From a virus: 64,000 nt of DNA. Within the stretch, counting starts at the first letter, position 1. Each line of letters begins with the position of its first letter. The position numbers and the translations under genes were made by a program. Under the pieces are notes generated by a model. It saw only the letters and a program-made list of their open reading frames with translations. It ran no database searches and was not told the DNA's origin. The DNA lies in IMG/VR virus record IMGVR_UViG_3300032309_002930, positions 1 to 64,000 of that record; one strand, 5' to 3'. This document shows, in pieces, positions 27,772 through 38,188 of this stretch.

Positions 27772-28566
27772 ATGCCAATACCTCAACCAAACGACAATGA
27801 AAAACAAAACGATTATATGGGTCGTTGCATGCATTTTTTAAATAAAAAAGGCGAAACAAAAAGACCTCAAAATCAACAAGTTGCAATTTGCCTTAATACT
27901 TTTAAAGGACCAAAAAAGAAAAGTAAAGCAGAAGTTGAGATTGATTTTTCCGAACAAATTAAAAATCTGAAAAAAGAAGAAATCAAAACAGAAGAAGCTC
28001 CAAAAGTTGAAGCTAAAGTTGAAGAACCAATAAATACTGCTGTAACTGCACCAGCACCAGAAGTTAAAGCAAAAGAAGTAAAAATAGAAGAAGCATCAGC
28101 TTCTTGTGGTAAGCCAAATTGTGGTTCAGTTCAACAATTCGAAGAAATAAAAACCGAAGAAGTTAAAATTGATGAGACGAAAGCAGAAACTGATGGCAAG
28201 GGCGAATTGATTCAAACAACCCTTCTTCAAATGCAACATCAATATAAAATTCTTCATTGGCAAACTCAATCATTCTCACAGCATAAATCATTTGATGAAA
28301 TCGTAAGTAGCTTAATGGAAAATACTGATGAATTTATTGAAACTTACATGGGTAAATATAGTAGAGTAATTGCAGCTGGAACTTTTAATATTACTTTAGC
28401 TAATTATAAAGATACAGATTTCATGGCTCTTACAGATAAATATATTGAATTTTTAATTGGCTTATCTAATATACTTGACGCTTCAAAAGATTCAGATCTA
28501 TTAAATATTAGAGATGAAATTCTTGGTTCATTAAATCAATTAAAATATCTATTAACACTTCAATAA
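27772..28566 (+). CDS. modular protein with C-terminal Dps/ferritin-like domain
   Basis: MPIPQP..DYMGRCM..QQVAIC module, EIDFS, E/K/A/P linker, HWQT.SFSQHKSFDE..DEFIETYMGKY..LLNIRDEI. Confidence 0.75.
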   Translation: MPIPQPNDNEKQNDYMGRCMHFLNKKGETKRPQNQQVAICLNTFKGPKKKSKAEVEIDFSEQIKNLKKEEIKTEEAPKVEAKVEEPINTAVTAPAPEVKAKEVKIEEASASCGKPNCGSVQQFEEIKTEEVKIDETKAETDGKGELIQTTLLQMQHQYKILHWQTQSFSQHKSFDEIVSSLMENTDEFIETYMGKYSRVIAAGTFNITLANYKDTDFMALTDKYIEFLIGLSNILDASKDSDLLNIRDEILGSLNQLKYLLTLQ

Positions 28567-28567
28567 T

Positions 28568-28867
28568 ATGAGAAGAATCAAAGTCTTAGAATTTGACATT
28601 ACTCAAACTGAAGCTTATCAAAAAAACTATAAGGGTAAAAAAAGAAGCCAATTAAAAGATAGTGATTTTCTTTTTCCAGAAAAACGTTCATTTCCAATAG
28701 TATCTCCACAAGATGTAAGAGACGCAATTAATAATTACGGTCGCATGGGTGGAGGAATGAGTTATGACGCATTTATTAAAAAATTATATCAAAAAGCTAA
28801 AAGTAAAGGCCCAGAGTTCGTATCTGCTATTCCAGAAAAAACAAGAAAAGAACATAATTTAAGTTAA
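28568..28867 (+). CDS. conserved phage protein (DUF6582-like)
   Basis: RSQLKDSDFLFPEKRSFPI...VRDAI. Confidence 0.6.
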   Translation: MRRIKVLEFDITQTEAYQKNYKGKKRSQLKDSDFLFPEKRSFPIVSPQDVRDAINNYGRMGGGMSYDAFIKKLYQKAKSKGPEFVSAIPEKTRKEHNLS

Positions 28868-28918
28868 AATTATATTGACTTTTTATTTTAATTAAACTAT
28901 CATATAAATAACATTTAT

Positions 28919-29806
28919 ATGAATAAGAAGTATATATTGCTTGATGATCAATCAATAGAGATTGGCGGAACCAATTTAACCACATTGTCTATCCTAGAAG
29001 ACAGAAGTAATGAAGTGTTCACGTTAACTCCGAGTTCATTATCATTATATGATATTAATGACAATAAAGATAAATTATGGATAATTGGTAATATAATGAC
29101 TCTTTTAAATAATCCAAATAAAAATATAATTTTTGAATTATTTGAAAATATTAATTTTGTTAAATTAGAATTTGATTACAATTTCTGTCAATACAGAGGA
29201 GAAATTCCACATCAAAAATTAGCATCACAACCTTGTACTTGTCCACATGGTTTAACTGGAAATAAAGCCCTCTCTGATATCTATAATTTAATTACAACAA
29301 ATGCCAAACATTCGTTCTTTATGTCAGAAAGACAAAGAGCTATATATGCTAATCATATGCCTTTATTGAATTTTTCTAAAACAAGCATTCTTTCATCTTG
29401 TTTTTCAAAGAAAAATCTAGAAAACTTTATTTCATTAAGAGCAAATCCAAAAAATGAAAAATTTGCAATCTTAGAAGGTTTTGGTGGTTGGCACAGTACA
29501 GCTAAGGGTCTGGAAGAAGCAAAAAACTTCTGTACAATCAATAATATAGAGTTTGATATTTTGCCAGTTCAAGCTTACGATAAGCATATACAACTTTTAT
29601 CTACTTATAAAGGATTAGTTTTCTTACCTATTATTGATGATACTTGCCCTAGATGTATTATTGAAGCTAGGCTTTTAGGATTAGACGTTATAACAAACAT
29701 ACATTCACAACATGTAACTGAATGGTGGTGGAAAAAACCGCATTTAACTGAAGAGTATATAAAAGATAGACCTAAGCATTTTTGGAATATAATAGATTCT
29801 TTATAA
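28919..29806 (+). CDS. GT-B glycosyltransferase-like protein
   Basis: IGGTNLT, AKG, DTCPRCIIEARLLG. Confidence 0.7.
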   Translation: MNKKYILLDDQSIEIGGTNLTTLSILEDRSNEVFTLTPSSLSLYDINDNKDKLWIIGNIMTLLNNPNKNIIFELFENINFVKLEFDYNFCQYRGEIPHQKLASQPCTCPHGLTGNKALSDIYNLITTNAKHSFFMSERQRAIYANHMPLLNFSKTSILSSCFSKKNLENFISLRANPKNEKFAILEGFGGWHSTAKGLEEAKNFCTINNIEFDILPVQAYDKHIQLLSTYKGLVFLPIIDDTCPRCIIEARLLGLDVITNIHSQHVTEWWWKKPHLTEEYIKDRPKHFWNIIDSL

Positions 29807-29843
29807 AAGTAATAATTATATTAAGAATATAATTAGCAAATAT

Positions 29844-30560
29844 ATGAAATTAGGAATTTTATTACCCATCAAAAATTCTGCAGATAGTATAGACGCATGT
29901 TTATCTAGTATACAAAATCAAACTAGTTTTTTAAATAATAATTTTGAATACGAAATAGTATTGATAGATAATAATTCCAAAGATAATTTAAAAGAAAAAA
30001 TACAGAAATATAAAAATATAAAGTATTTATCTTGTGATATTGATGGTATAGTTCCCACTTTAAATACTGGGTTATTTTATATATTAAATAATTCAAATAT
30101 AAAATATATAGCTAGAATTGACGCAGATGATGAATGGCTTTCAAGTAAAATAGAAAAACAAATGACTTTTTTATTAAATAATAAGCATATACACATCTGT
30201 GGAACTCAAATGAATTTTATAAAAGCTAATGAAGATGTTAATCTACCATTTAAAATAACTCCATACCCAATTGATGATGCATCAATAAAAACCTCCTTAA
30301 TTAATGGAATGAATCCAATTGGTCATCCAAGTGTCATCTATAATAAAGAAATTTTTTTAAAATTTGGCGGATATGATGAAACATATAAACATGCAGAAGA
30401 TTTAGACTTATGGTTAAAATGTTTAAAATTTTTTAATTTTGCAAATATTAACGAACCACTAGTTAATTATAAATTTGGAAAAAAATGGTATAACGAAATT
30501 CAAAACAAAAACTGCAAACTTTTAAATAAAAGAACTGGGGATTTATATTTTAGTATATGA
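29844..30560 (+). CDS. GT2 glycosyltransferase
   Basis: IDNNSKD, ARIDADD, HPSV, AEDLDLW. Confidence 0.9.
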   Translation: MKLGILLPIKNSADSIDACLSSIQNQTSFLNNNFEYEIVLIDNNSKDNLKEKIQKYKNIKYLSCDIDGIVPTLNTGLFYILNNSNIKYIARIDADDEWLSSKIEKQMTFLLNNKHIHICGTQMNFIKANEDVNLPFKITPYPIDDASIKTSLINGMNPIGHPSVIYNKEIFLKFGGYDETYKHAEDLDLWLKCLKFFNFANINEPLVNYKFGKKWYNEIQNKNCKLLNKRTGDLYFSI

Positions 30561-31342
30561 TTATTTCTAAAATTCAAGGAGGACTAGGAAATCAATTATT
30601 TCAATGGGCAATAGCAGAAAATTTAGCCAATTTAAGTAATACAAATTATTCATTCGATATATCTTTTTATTTAAATCAAAATCATAGAAAGTTTGAACTT
30701 TATAAATTTAAAAATATTCCAATAAATATTAGTCAAGTTAAAGATATAAATATGTCAATGTTAAATATAATTAATGAATCTTCTATCTCATTCAATGAAA
30801 TATACTATAAAGATCCAACATATTTACATGGATATTGGCAAAATGAAATCTTTTTCAGAAAATCTAAAGATTTAATAAAATCAAAATTAAAAATAGATAA
30901 TAATTTAGATATTTATATTAAAAATAAATACCCTATACTTAACGAAAATACAGTATCAATGCACATAAGAAGAACTGATTATCTATCTCTTTCGGACTAT
31001 CATTATAATCAATCTTTAAATTATTATAATAATGCATATGATATTTTAAATGATAAAAATATAAACGTCATAGTATTCTCAGACGATATCAACTGGTGCA
31101 AAGAAAATATGAAATTCAATAATATTCATTATATTGAGAACGAAGATAATATTGTTGATCTTTATATTATGTCAAAATGTAAAAATAATATTATAGCAAA
31201 TAGCACATTTAGTTGGTGGGCAGCATGGCTAAATGAAAATACAGAAAAAAAAGTTTTTGCTCCTAAAAACTGGTTTAGCCACAAAGGTCCAGAAAAAACA
31301 AATTTACTTTTAGATCAATGGATTATTATTGACAATAATTGA
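30557..31342 (+). CDS. GT11 alpha-1,2-fucosyltransferase-like
   Basis: GGLGNQLFQ, GYWQ, HIRRTDY, FSDD, NSTFSWWAA. Confidence 0.92.
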   Translation: MIISKIQGGLGNQLFQWAIAENLANLSNTNYSFDISFYLNQNHRKFELYKFKNIPINISQVKDINMSMLNIINESSISFNEIYYKDPTYLHGYWQNEIFFRKSKDLIKSKLKIDNNLDIYIKNKYPILNENTVSMHIRRTDYLSLSDYHYNQSLNYYNNAYDILNDKNINVIVFSDDINWCKENMKFNNIHYIENEDNIVDLYIMSKCKNNIIANSTFSWWAAWLNENTEKKVFAPKNWFSHKGPEKTNLLLDQWIIIDNN

Positions 31343-31363
31343 TTATTATAATATAATAACAAA

Positions 31364-32665
31364 ATGCAAGATTTAAATTCAATTCTTTCTTCTTTAGAAG
31401 ATTATTTAAAGAACAATAAACCCAAATATCTTTACAATAAATCATTTATTCCTGGAAAAAGCACTGTATTATACTCTGGACCATACTGGGATGAAAAAGA
31501 AATTATGGCTGCAATCAGTACTTTCGTCACAGGAAAATGGGTTGTAGCTGGAGAGAATGTTCATAAGTTTGAAAGTGAATTTGCAAAAATGTTTGGAGTT
31601 AAGTACGCGCAGATGGTTAATTCTGGAAGTTCTGCAAATTTAGTTATGGTTGCATCGCTTAAAAAACATTTCAATTGGGAAGATAATTCAGAAATAATAG
31701 TTTCCCCAGTAGGTTTTCCAACCACAATTTCTACTATTATCCAAAATAATTTAAAACCAGTATTTGTAGATATAGAATACAAAACATTAAATTTTGATAT
31801 TTCTAAAATAAAAGAAAAAATTACAGACAAAACTAGAGCTATTTTTGTATCACCAGTTCTCGCAAATCCACCAGATATGGATGAATTAACTATATTATGT
31901 AATGAACATAATATTAAATTAATTGGTGATAGTTGTGATAGCATTGGTTCAAAATGGGATGGAAAAGATTTGAGTAGCTATTACACTGCTTGGTCATGTT
32001 CATTTTATCCTGCCCATCATATCTCGACTGGAGAAGGAGGTATGGTTTGTACCGATATATTAGAATTAAAAAAATTATTTACTAGTTTTTCTTGGTGGGG
32101 TCGCGATTGTTATTGTATTGGTTCGGCTAATTTACTAGCATGTGGAACATGTGGAAATCGTTTTGATAAATGGTTAGAATCATACGACGGAACAATTGAC
32201 CATAAATATGTTTTTACAAATATGGGATACAATCTTAAACCAATGGATTTGCAAGGCTCAATTGGGTTAGTTCAATTAACTCGATTCAAAGAAATAGATA
32301 GAAAAAGAAAAGAAAGTAAATTAAGAATTGAGTCAATTCTTCTTAAATATGTATCTGGACTCAAAGGAGTTCAAACTCTAGAAAAAGCTGATACTTGTTG
32401 GTTTGGTACTCCATTTATTTGTGAAAATAAAACTTTAAAAAATAAATTGGTGACATTTTTAGAAGAAAATAAAATTCAAACTAGAAATTATTTTGCTGGA
32501 AATGTTTTAATGCATCCAGCGTATAAACATCTTGATGATTTAACTAAATATCCAAATGCAAATCAAGTTTTAGATAAAGTATTTTTTTTAGGAGCAGCTC
32601 CACATTATGATGAAAATGTTTTCAATTACGTAGAAAATATTTTTAAAGAAAAATGGATTAATTAA
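31364..32665 (+). CDS. rfbH: CDP-4-keto-6-deoxyglucose 3-dehydrase (E1)-like enzyme
   Basis: NSGSSANL, SFYPAHHISTGEGG (His at the PLP-Lys position), GRDCYC..CG.RF Fe-S motif, GYNLKP. Confidence 0.88.
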   Translation: MQDLNSILSSLEDYLKNNKPKYLYNKSFIPGKSTVLYSGPYWDEKEIMAAISTFVTGKWVVAGENVHKFESEFAKMFGVKYAQMVNSGSSANLVMVASLKKHFNWEDNSEIIVSPVGFPTTISTIIQNNLKPVFVDIEYKTLNFDISKIKEKITDKTRAIFVSPVLANPPDMDELTILCNEHNIKLIGDSCDSIGSKWDGKDLSSYYTAWSCSFYPAHHISTGEGGMVCTDILELKKLFTSFSWWGRDCYCIGSANLLACGTCGNRFDKWLESYDGTIDHKYVFTNMGYNLKPMDLQGSIGLVQLTRFKEIDRKRKESKLRIESILLKYVSGLKGVQTLEKADTCWFGTPFICENKTLKNKLVTFLEENKIQTRNYFAGNVLMHPAYKHLDDLTKYPNANQVLDKVFFLGAAPHYDENVFNYVENIFKEKWIN

Positions 32666-32666
32666 A

Positions 32667-33200
32667 ATGAATATTATTAAAACTCCATTAGATGGATTGT
32701 TTGTTATTGAACCAAAAATTTTTGAAGATGTCAGGGGTTATTTTTTTGAATCTTATAATGCAAATGATTTTAAAAAATATGGTATACATACAAATTTTGT
32801 TCAAGAGAACCAGTCTAATTCATCCAAAGGTGTTTTAAGAGGTTTACATTTTCAATTTCCTCCATATGCTCAAGCTAAATTAGTTAAAGCAGTTACTGGA
32901 TCTGTTTTAGACGTAGCTGTAGACATAAGAAAAGATTCAAAAACATATGGAAAATACCATTCAGTTGTTTTGACTGGAAAAAATAAAAAAATGCTCTATA
33001 TTCCAGAAGGATTCGCTCATGGTTTTTTAGCCTTAGAAGATGACACGACAATTCAATACAAGTGCTCAAATTTTTATAACAAAGAGTGCGATGCTAGTAT
33101 CATTTGGAATGATTCAACTATTAATATTGATTGGGGTATAGATTATGAACCAATTATTTCTGAAAAAGATAAATTAGGAATGAAATTAGCTAATTTTTAA
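32667..33200 (+). CDS. rmlC: dTDP-4-dehydrorhamnose 3,5-epimerase
   Basis: D.RGYFFE, GVLRGLHFQ, DVAVDIR, GFAHGF. Confidence 0.95.
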   Translation: MNIIKTPLDGLFVIEPKIFEDVRGYFFESYNANDFKKYGIHTNFVQENQSNSSKGVLRGLHFQFPPYAQAKLVKAVTGSVLDVAVDIRKDSKTYGKYHSVVLTGKNKKMLYIPEGFAHGFLALEDDTTIQYKCSNFYNKECDASIIWNDSTINIDWGIDYEPIISEKDKLGMKLANF

Positions 33201-33213
33201 TCATTATTTTAAT

Positions 33214-33897
33214 ATGAAAAAAATACTTGTTCTTGGGGATGGATTGCTAGGCAAAGAAATAGTCAAACAGACTGGATGGCAATATGTATCCAGAAGATGT
33301 AAGAATTTTGATATAAACAGAATTGAAGAGTCTTTAAAAGATTTTGATATTAATATTATTGTTAACTGTATTGCAAATACGCAAACTTATTCCAAAGAAA
33401 AAGAATCTCATTGGGATGTCAATTGTAAATTTTTATCTAATCTAATTAATTACTGTAATCAAAAATCTATTAAATTAGTTCATATATCAACAGATGCTGT
33501 ATATTTTAATTCTGTAAATAACGCTTCAGAAGAGGATATTCCAATACATGGTAATAATTGGTATGGATATACAAAATTAATTGGAGATGCGCTAGTGCAA
33601 CTACAATGTAATAATTATTTATTAATTAGATGCCAACATAAACCAACTCCATTTCCATACGAAGCAGCTTGGATGAATCAAATAGGTAATTTTGATTATG
33701 TAGATATAATATCTAATTTAATATGCAAATTAATTAATAGCGAACAATCTGGATTATTTAATTTAGGAACCCAAATAAAAACAATGCATGAATTAGCAAA
33801 ATCAACCAATCCCTTAGTAAACAAATCGTTCACTCCACCTTATGTACCATCTAATACAAGCATGAATATTGATAAACTAAAAAATATTATAAAATAA
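33214..33897 (+). CDS. RmlD-like NAD(P)-dependent sugar reductase
   Basis: GDGLLG, HISTD, YGYTK. Confidence 0.8.
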   Translation: MKKILVLGDGLLGKEIVKQTGWQYVSRRCKNFDINRIEESLKDFDINIIVNCIANTQTYSKEKESHWDVNCKFLSNLINYCNQKSIKLVHISTDAVYFNSVNNASEEDIPIHGNNWYGYTKLIGDALVQLQCNNYLLIRCQHKPTPFPYEAAWMNQIGNFDYVDIISNLICKLINSEQSGLFNLGTQIKTMHELAKSTNPLVNKSFTPPYVPSNTSMNIDKLKNIIK

Positions 33898-34613
33898 TGC
33901 AAACTCAAACTATTTCTCCTTTTTTCTCTATTGCAATCCCAGCTTATGGATACAATGGTAAAGGTGTAGAATTTTTACAATATAATTTAGATATACTTAT
34001 AAAACAAAAATTTAAAAATTTTGAAGTTATTATAGCTGATCATAGCTCAGATGATACAATTAAAGAAGTTTTTAATCAATACGAATTTAAGCAAAATTTA
34101 TCAATTTATTATCACAGAACTAATTATGGACACGGATTCACTGCGCCTAATTTAAATAACGCCATAAGAAATTCTAATGGGAAATGGATTAAAGTATTAT
34201 TTCAAGATGATTTTTTATTTGACGAAAATTCTCTTCAATTTCAATATGAAAAATTAAAATCTAATTCAAACATAAAATGGTTAATTACAACATTTTGCCA
34301 TAGCAATGATGGAATTAATTTTTATAAATTATACAAACCATTTTTAAGTCCAAATATTTGGTCTGGAGCAAATACTCTAGGAAATCTTAGCAACTTAACT
34401 TTTGTAAACAATGACGTAATTTATTGTGACGAACAATTAAATTGGTTAATTGATTGTGATTACTATTATAAATTATTTTTAAAGTATGGAGAGCCAGAGA
34501 TATTAAATGAAATAACGGTAGTCAATAGAACTCATGGAAATGGATTATCAAACACTATTTCCACAGATCTAAAAATGCGAGAATTTGAAATGTTAAAAAA
34601 ACGATATGCTTAA
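33897..34613 (+). CDS. GT2 glycosyltransferase
   Basis: FSIAIPAY, DHSSD, LFQDD. Confidence 0.85.
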   Translation: MQTQTISPFFSIAIPAYGYNGKGVEFLQYNLDILIKQKFKNFEVIIADHSSDDTIKEVFNQYEFKQNLSIYYHRTNYGHGFTAPNLNNAIRNSNGKWIKVLFQDDFLFDENSLQFQYEKLKSNSNIKWLITTFCHSNDGINFYKLYKPFLSPNIWSGANTLGNLSNLTFVNNDVIYCDEQLNWLIDCDYYYKLFLKYGEPEILNEITVVNRTHGNGLSNTISTDLKMREFEMLKKRYA

Positions 34614-35265
34614 TTTAGATAATATAACACTAGTAGCTTTAACTTCTGTAAAATTAGAAAATACAGTAAAAGCTTTAATGCATAGTTGTAAAGATATTAA
34701 TTTTAATTCTATAAAATTAATTTCACATGAAATTCCAAAAAATTTACCATCTAAAATACAACATGAATTTTGTTCAAAAATGTCAAATATTGATGAATGG
34801 AATTATGCTGCAATTTATGAATTGCCAAAATACATAAATACAAAGTTTTGTATATTGATTCATGATGATGGGTTTATTGTAAATCCAGATTCTTGGAGAT
34901 CAGAATTTTTAGAATACGATTACATTGGTGCTCCATGGCCATTACCAAAAGATGATTTTTCATTCAAAACAATAGACGGTGAAATTATTCGAGTAGGAAA
35001 TAGCGTTTCTCTAAGAAGTAAAAAGCTATTAGATTTACCAATTAAATTAAATATGAAATGGGAGTCTTTTCATGGATATTATAATGAAGATGGTTATATT
35101 TGTGTTAATAATAGACATATATATAAAGAACATGGATGTAAATTTGCAGATATAAATGTAGCAAAATATTTTTCACATGAGACAATGATACCAGAAATTG
35201 AGGGGATAAAACCATTTGCTTTCCATAGGCATAATGGAACAAATTCAATTTATCCAAAATTTTAA
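34606..35265 (+). CDS. DUF5672-like glycosyltransferase-related protein
   Basis: IHDDGF, YDYIGAPW, NEDG, FAFH. Confidence 0.75.
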   Translation: MLNLDNITLVALTSVKLENTVKALMHSCKDINFNSIKLISHEIPKNLPSKIQHEFCSKMSNIDEWNYAAIYELPKYINTKFCILIHDDGFIVNPDSWRSEFLEYDYIGAPWPLPKDDFSFKTIDGEIIRVGNSVSLRSKKLLDLPIKLNMKWESFHGYYNEDGYICVNNRHIYKEHGCKFADINVAKYFSHETMIPEIEGIKPFAFHRHNGTNSIYPKF

Positions 35266-35266
35266 A

Positions 35267-35929
35267 ATGACTAAAGAAATTATTGTTGCGGCATACGACA
35301 AACCATTAGACTGGATATCAAATATTAATAAAGATGTAAAAATAACAATATATCGCAAAGGAAATATTCTTAATTCTTCTTTTGATGAAATTAAGATTGA
35401 ACCTAATGTAGGAAGATGCGTTCATACATTTTTTAATCATATATATACAAATTACAATTCTCTCGCAGATTATACTTATTTTTGTCAGGATTTCCCATTC
35501 GATCATTGGGGAAATATAATAGATATTATAAATAATGATCCTAATTTTTTAAATAAAACAGCATCATTAAATATTGGTGGGTATTATGGTTATCATAATA
35601 ATTTCTTTGGATCAGCATGGAATATGTTAAATTCTAATCAATTTGGTACAGGTAAAGTTTTAACTTGTTTAAGTAATGGATATCCACAAGATACAAATCC
35701 ACAAATAGATGTTAATAAATATTGGGAAATTCTATTTGAAGGTTGTCCACCTCAAACTTATGAATTTATTCCTGGAGGACATTTTTGCATTACTAGCGAG
35801 CATGTTAAACTAAGACCTTTGTATTTTTATTCTAAAATTACTGACTTATTAGAAAAAAATCCAATAGCTCCATGGTTAATTGAAAGATTAGAATGCTATA
35901 TATTCAACCCCAATTTTACAATTAAATAA
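35267..35929 (+). CDS. DUF3431-like protein
   Basis: IVAAY, NVGR..HT, F.Q..PFDH, PWLIER. Confidence 0.7.
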   Translation: MTKEIIVAAYDKPLDWISNINKDVKITIYRKGNILNSSFDEIKIEPNVGRCVHTFFNHIYTNYNSLADYTYFCQDFPFDHWGNIIDIINNDPNFLNKTASLNIGGYYGYHNNFFGSAWNMLNSNQFGTGKVLTCLSNGYPQDTNPQIDVNKYWEILFEGCPPQTYEFIPGGHFCITSEHVKLRPLYFYSKITDLLEKNPIAPWLIERLECYIFNPNFTIK

Positions 35930-35974
35930 TTATTTGATTTTAATATAAAAATAATTATAATATCTTAAGATAAA

Positions 35975-36787
35975 ATGATAACTACAGAAATATATAATGG
36001 ACAAGGCCCTGGAGATCAATTATGGGTTTATTTAACGACTAGATATATAGCTTATAAAAATGGTTATGATTTTGGCATAGGTCATCCAGAAAGATGGAAA
36101 TTAAAAAATTTGAATATTAATTTTGGATTACCAGTAGTTGGTGGAAGCAATGTTAAAGAAGGTGGACCATACATCTCTCTACCAGATGGAATATCTAAAT
36201 ATTATAAAGAAAAACATACTTGGAATATGAATTTTGATGATTGTAATGTTAGCGATGTTGATTGGGATTCATTTAAAGTAGAAGACTCTACAAAATTAGA
36301 AGGTTTATTTCATTATTCTTTTTTAATTAAAGAAAATGCAGAACTTTTTAAGGATTGGTTAGACTTTAATTCTATCATAGCTAGAAATCCAGTTGTACCT
36401 GGAAAAGTCATAGCTAATATTCGTGGTGGAGAATATAGGGGCGTTAGCGATTTAATTTTACCAAAAAGATATTGGGATATGGCTCTAGATCGTTTAGGAA
36501 ATCCTCCAGTAGAAATAGTTACTGATGATCCTATTTATGCATTAACCTTAATACCTAGTGCAAAAATATTCGAAGGCAATATGATTGATCATTTTGAAAG
36601 ATTATTTACTGCTGATAAACTAATATTATCTAATTCAGCTTTTGGTTTTTTTCCAGCAGCTTTAGGAAAAGCGTCAGAAGTTATTGCTCCAAAATACTGG
36701 AGTAGATGGAATGTATCTGATGGTTTTTGGGCCATGGAATGCGACAGATATGATGGATTTACATATATTGACAGAGACGGAAAATAA
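35975..36787 (+). CDS. divergent GT11-like glycosyltransferase
   Basis: GQGPGDQ, NIRGGEY, VTDD, SNSAF. Confidence 0.7.
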   Translation: MITTEIYNGQGPGDQLWVYLTTRYIAYKNGYDFGIGHPERWKLKNLNINFGLPVVGGSNVKEGGPYISLPDGISKYYKEKHTWNMNFDDCNVSDVDWDSFKVEDSTKLEGLFHYSFLIKENAELFKDWLDFNSIIARNPVVPGKVIANIRGGEYRGVSDLILPKRYWDMALDRLGNPPVEIVTDDPIYALTLIPSAKIFEGNMIDHFERLFTADKLILSNSAFGFFPAALGKASEVIAPKYWSRWNVSDGFWAMECDRYDGFTYIDRDGK

Positions 36788-36793
36788 CAGCTA

Positions 36794-37612
36794 ATGAATA
36801 TGAAGAAAAAAATAGCATTAGTAACAATGGCAAAAGAAGAAGATCTATATTTACAAGAATGGATTGATTATCATCTTAAATTAGGATTTGATGCAATTTA
36901 TATATATCAAAATAACTGGAGATTTAAAAATCAAATACCCAATGATAGAGTCCATTTTCTTGAATGGGATTTAGATTCATTGCCACAAAGTAATCCTAAC
37001 GCTCCATGGGAATGGAACAGGCATGCTATATGTTATAGTACATTTGGTAAAGATTATCATAATGAATACGAATGGGCTGCATTTTTTGATGTTGATTGTT
37101 TTTTAGATCTTAAAAAGACAGATAATGTAAAATCATTTATATCGGAATATGATAATATTAAAGAAAGCCATCTAGTAATTGATTTTGCAATTTTTGGAGA
37201 TAATGGGCATTCTGATTTTAGCCTAGATAATACGAGCGTCTTAGAAAGATTTACAAAACGTTGGGGTAAACCTTATAATCATTCATATTATGGATTTTTA
37301 CCAATTTGTAAGCTACATTCAAACTTTGGAAAACATGCTATACATTTTATCGATGGAGAAGAATGGTCAGATGTGAATTTCGTTATAGGTTCTGGTTTTG
37401 GATCAGTTTTAAATCATAATAGAATCATAACTTATGAAAAAGCTCAATTAAATCATTATTTTTGTAAGACATTACCAGAATGGATGATGAAAATGCAAAA
37501 AACTAGAGCTGAAGGAGATTCTTTTAAAAACTCAATGGAGGCATTTCATCAACATAATTTTAATGATATTGAAGATGCGCATGCTTTAGATTTTTTTAAA
37601 AAAAATATCTAA
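36794..37612 (+). CDS. GT2/GT92-like glycosyltransferase
   Basis: YLQEWIDYHLKLGFD, FDVD, LNHY. Confidence 0.8.
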   Translation: MNMKKKIALVTMAKEEDLYLQEWIDYHLKLGFDAIYIYQNNWRFKNQIPNDRVHFLEWDLDSLPQSNPNAPWEWNRHAICYSTFGKDYHNEYEWAAFFDVDCFLDLKKTDNVKSFISEYDNIKESHLVIDFAIFGDNGHSDFSLDNTSVLERFTKRWGKPYNHSYYGFLPICKLHSNFGKHAIHFIDGEEWSDVNFVIGSGFGSVLNHNRIITYEKAQLNHYFCKTLPEWMMKMQKTRAEGDSFKNSMEAFHQHNFNDIEDAHALDFFKKNI

Positions 37613-37621
37613 AATAAATTT

Positions 37622-38188
37622 ATGAAACCAATACACTTAAGAAATATACCGCCTCCAGGCGAAACATTCAATCATGTGGTTTTTTTAGATGGATTATTGC
37701 AATGGATTAAGCCAGAGCTTTATCTAGAATTAGGAGTTAGAGATGGTAGAAATTTTATTACAGCTGCAAAACATTGTACAAAAGCAATTGGTGTTGATAT
37801 TTCTGCTCCGCCATTTCAATTACAGCCAAACATGGAATATCATGTTTTAACTACCGATGAATATTTTAAAAATTTAAATCCAGAGATTAAATTTGACGTC
37901 GTGTTTATAGATGCTGATCATTCACACGAACAATCACTTATAGATTTTATGAATGTTAAGGATAAAGTAATTGAAGATGGTTTTATATTTCTTCATGATA
38001 CATATCCGTATGATCCAATTTTTTTTGATAAACATGCTTGTAATGATGTCTACAAAACAGCATTATATATAAAACAAAATTTAATTGATGATTTTGAAAT
38101 AGTAACTTTACCAATTAATCCTGGAGTTACAATCGTTAAAAAGATCAAAAGAAATAAACAACTCATCTATATTAATAATGAAAAATGA
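37622..38188 (+). CDS. class I SAM-dependent methyltransferase
   Basis: YLELGV, FIDADHS, LHD. Confidence 0.88.
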   Translation: MKPIHLRNIPPPGETFNHVVFLDGLLQWIKPELYLELGVRDGRNFITAAKHCTKAIGVDISAPPFQLQPNMEYHVLTTDEYFKNLNPEIKFDVVFIDADHSHEQSLIDFMNVKDKVIEDGFIFLHDTYPYDPIFFDKHACNDVYKTALYIKQNLIDDFEIVTLPINPGVTIVKKIKRNKQLIYINNEK

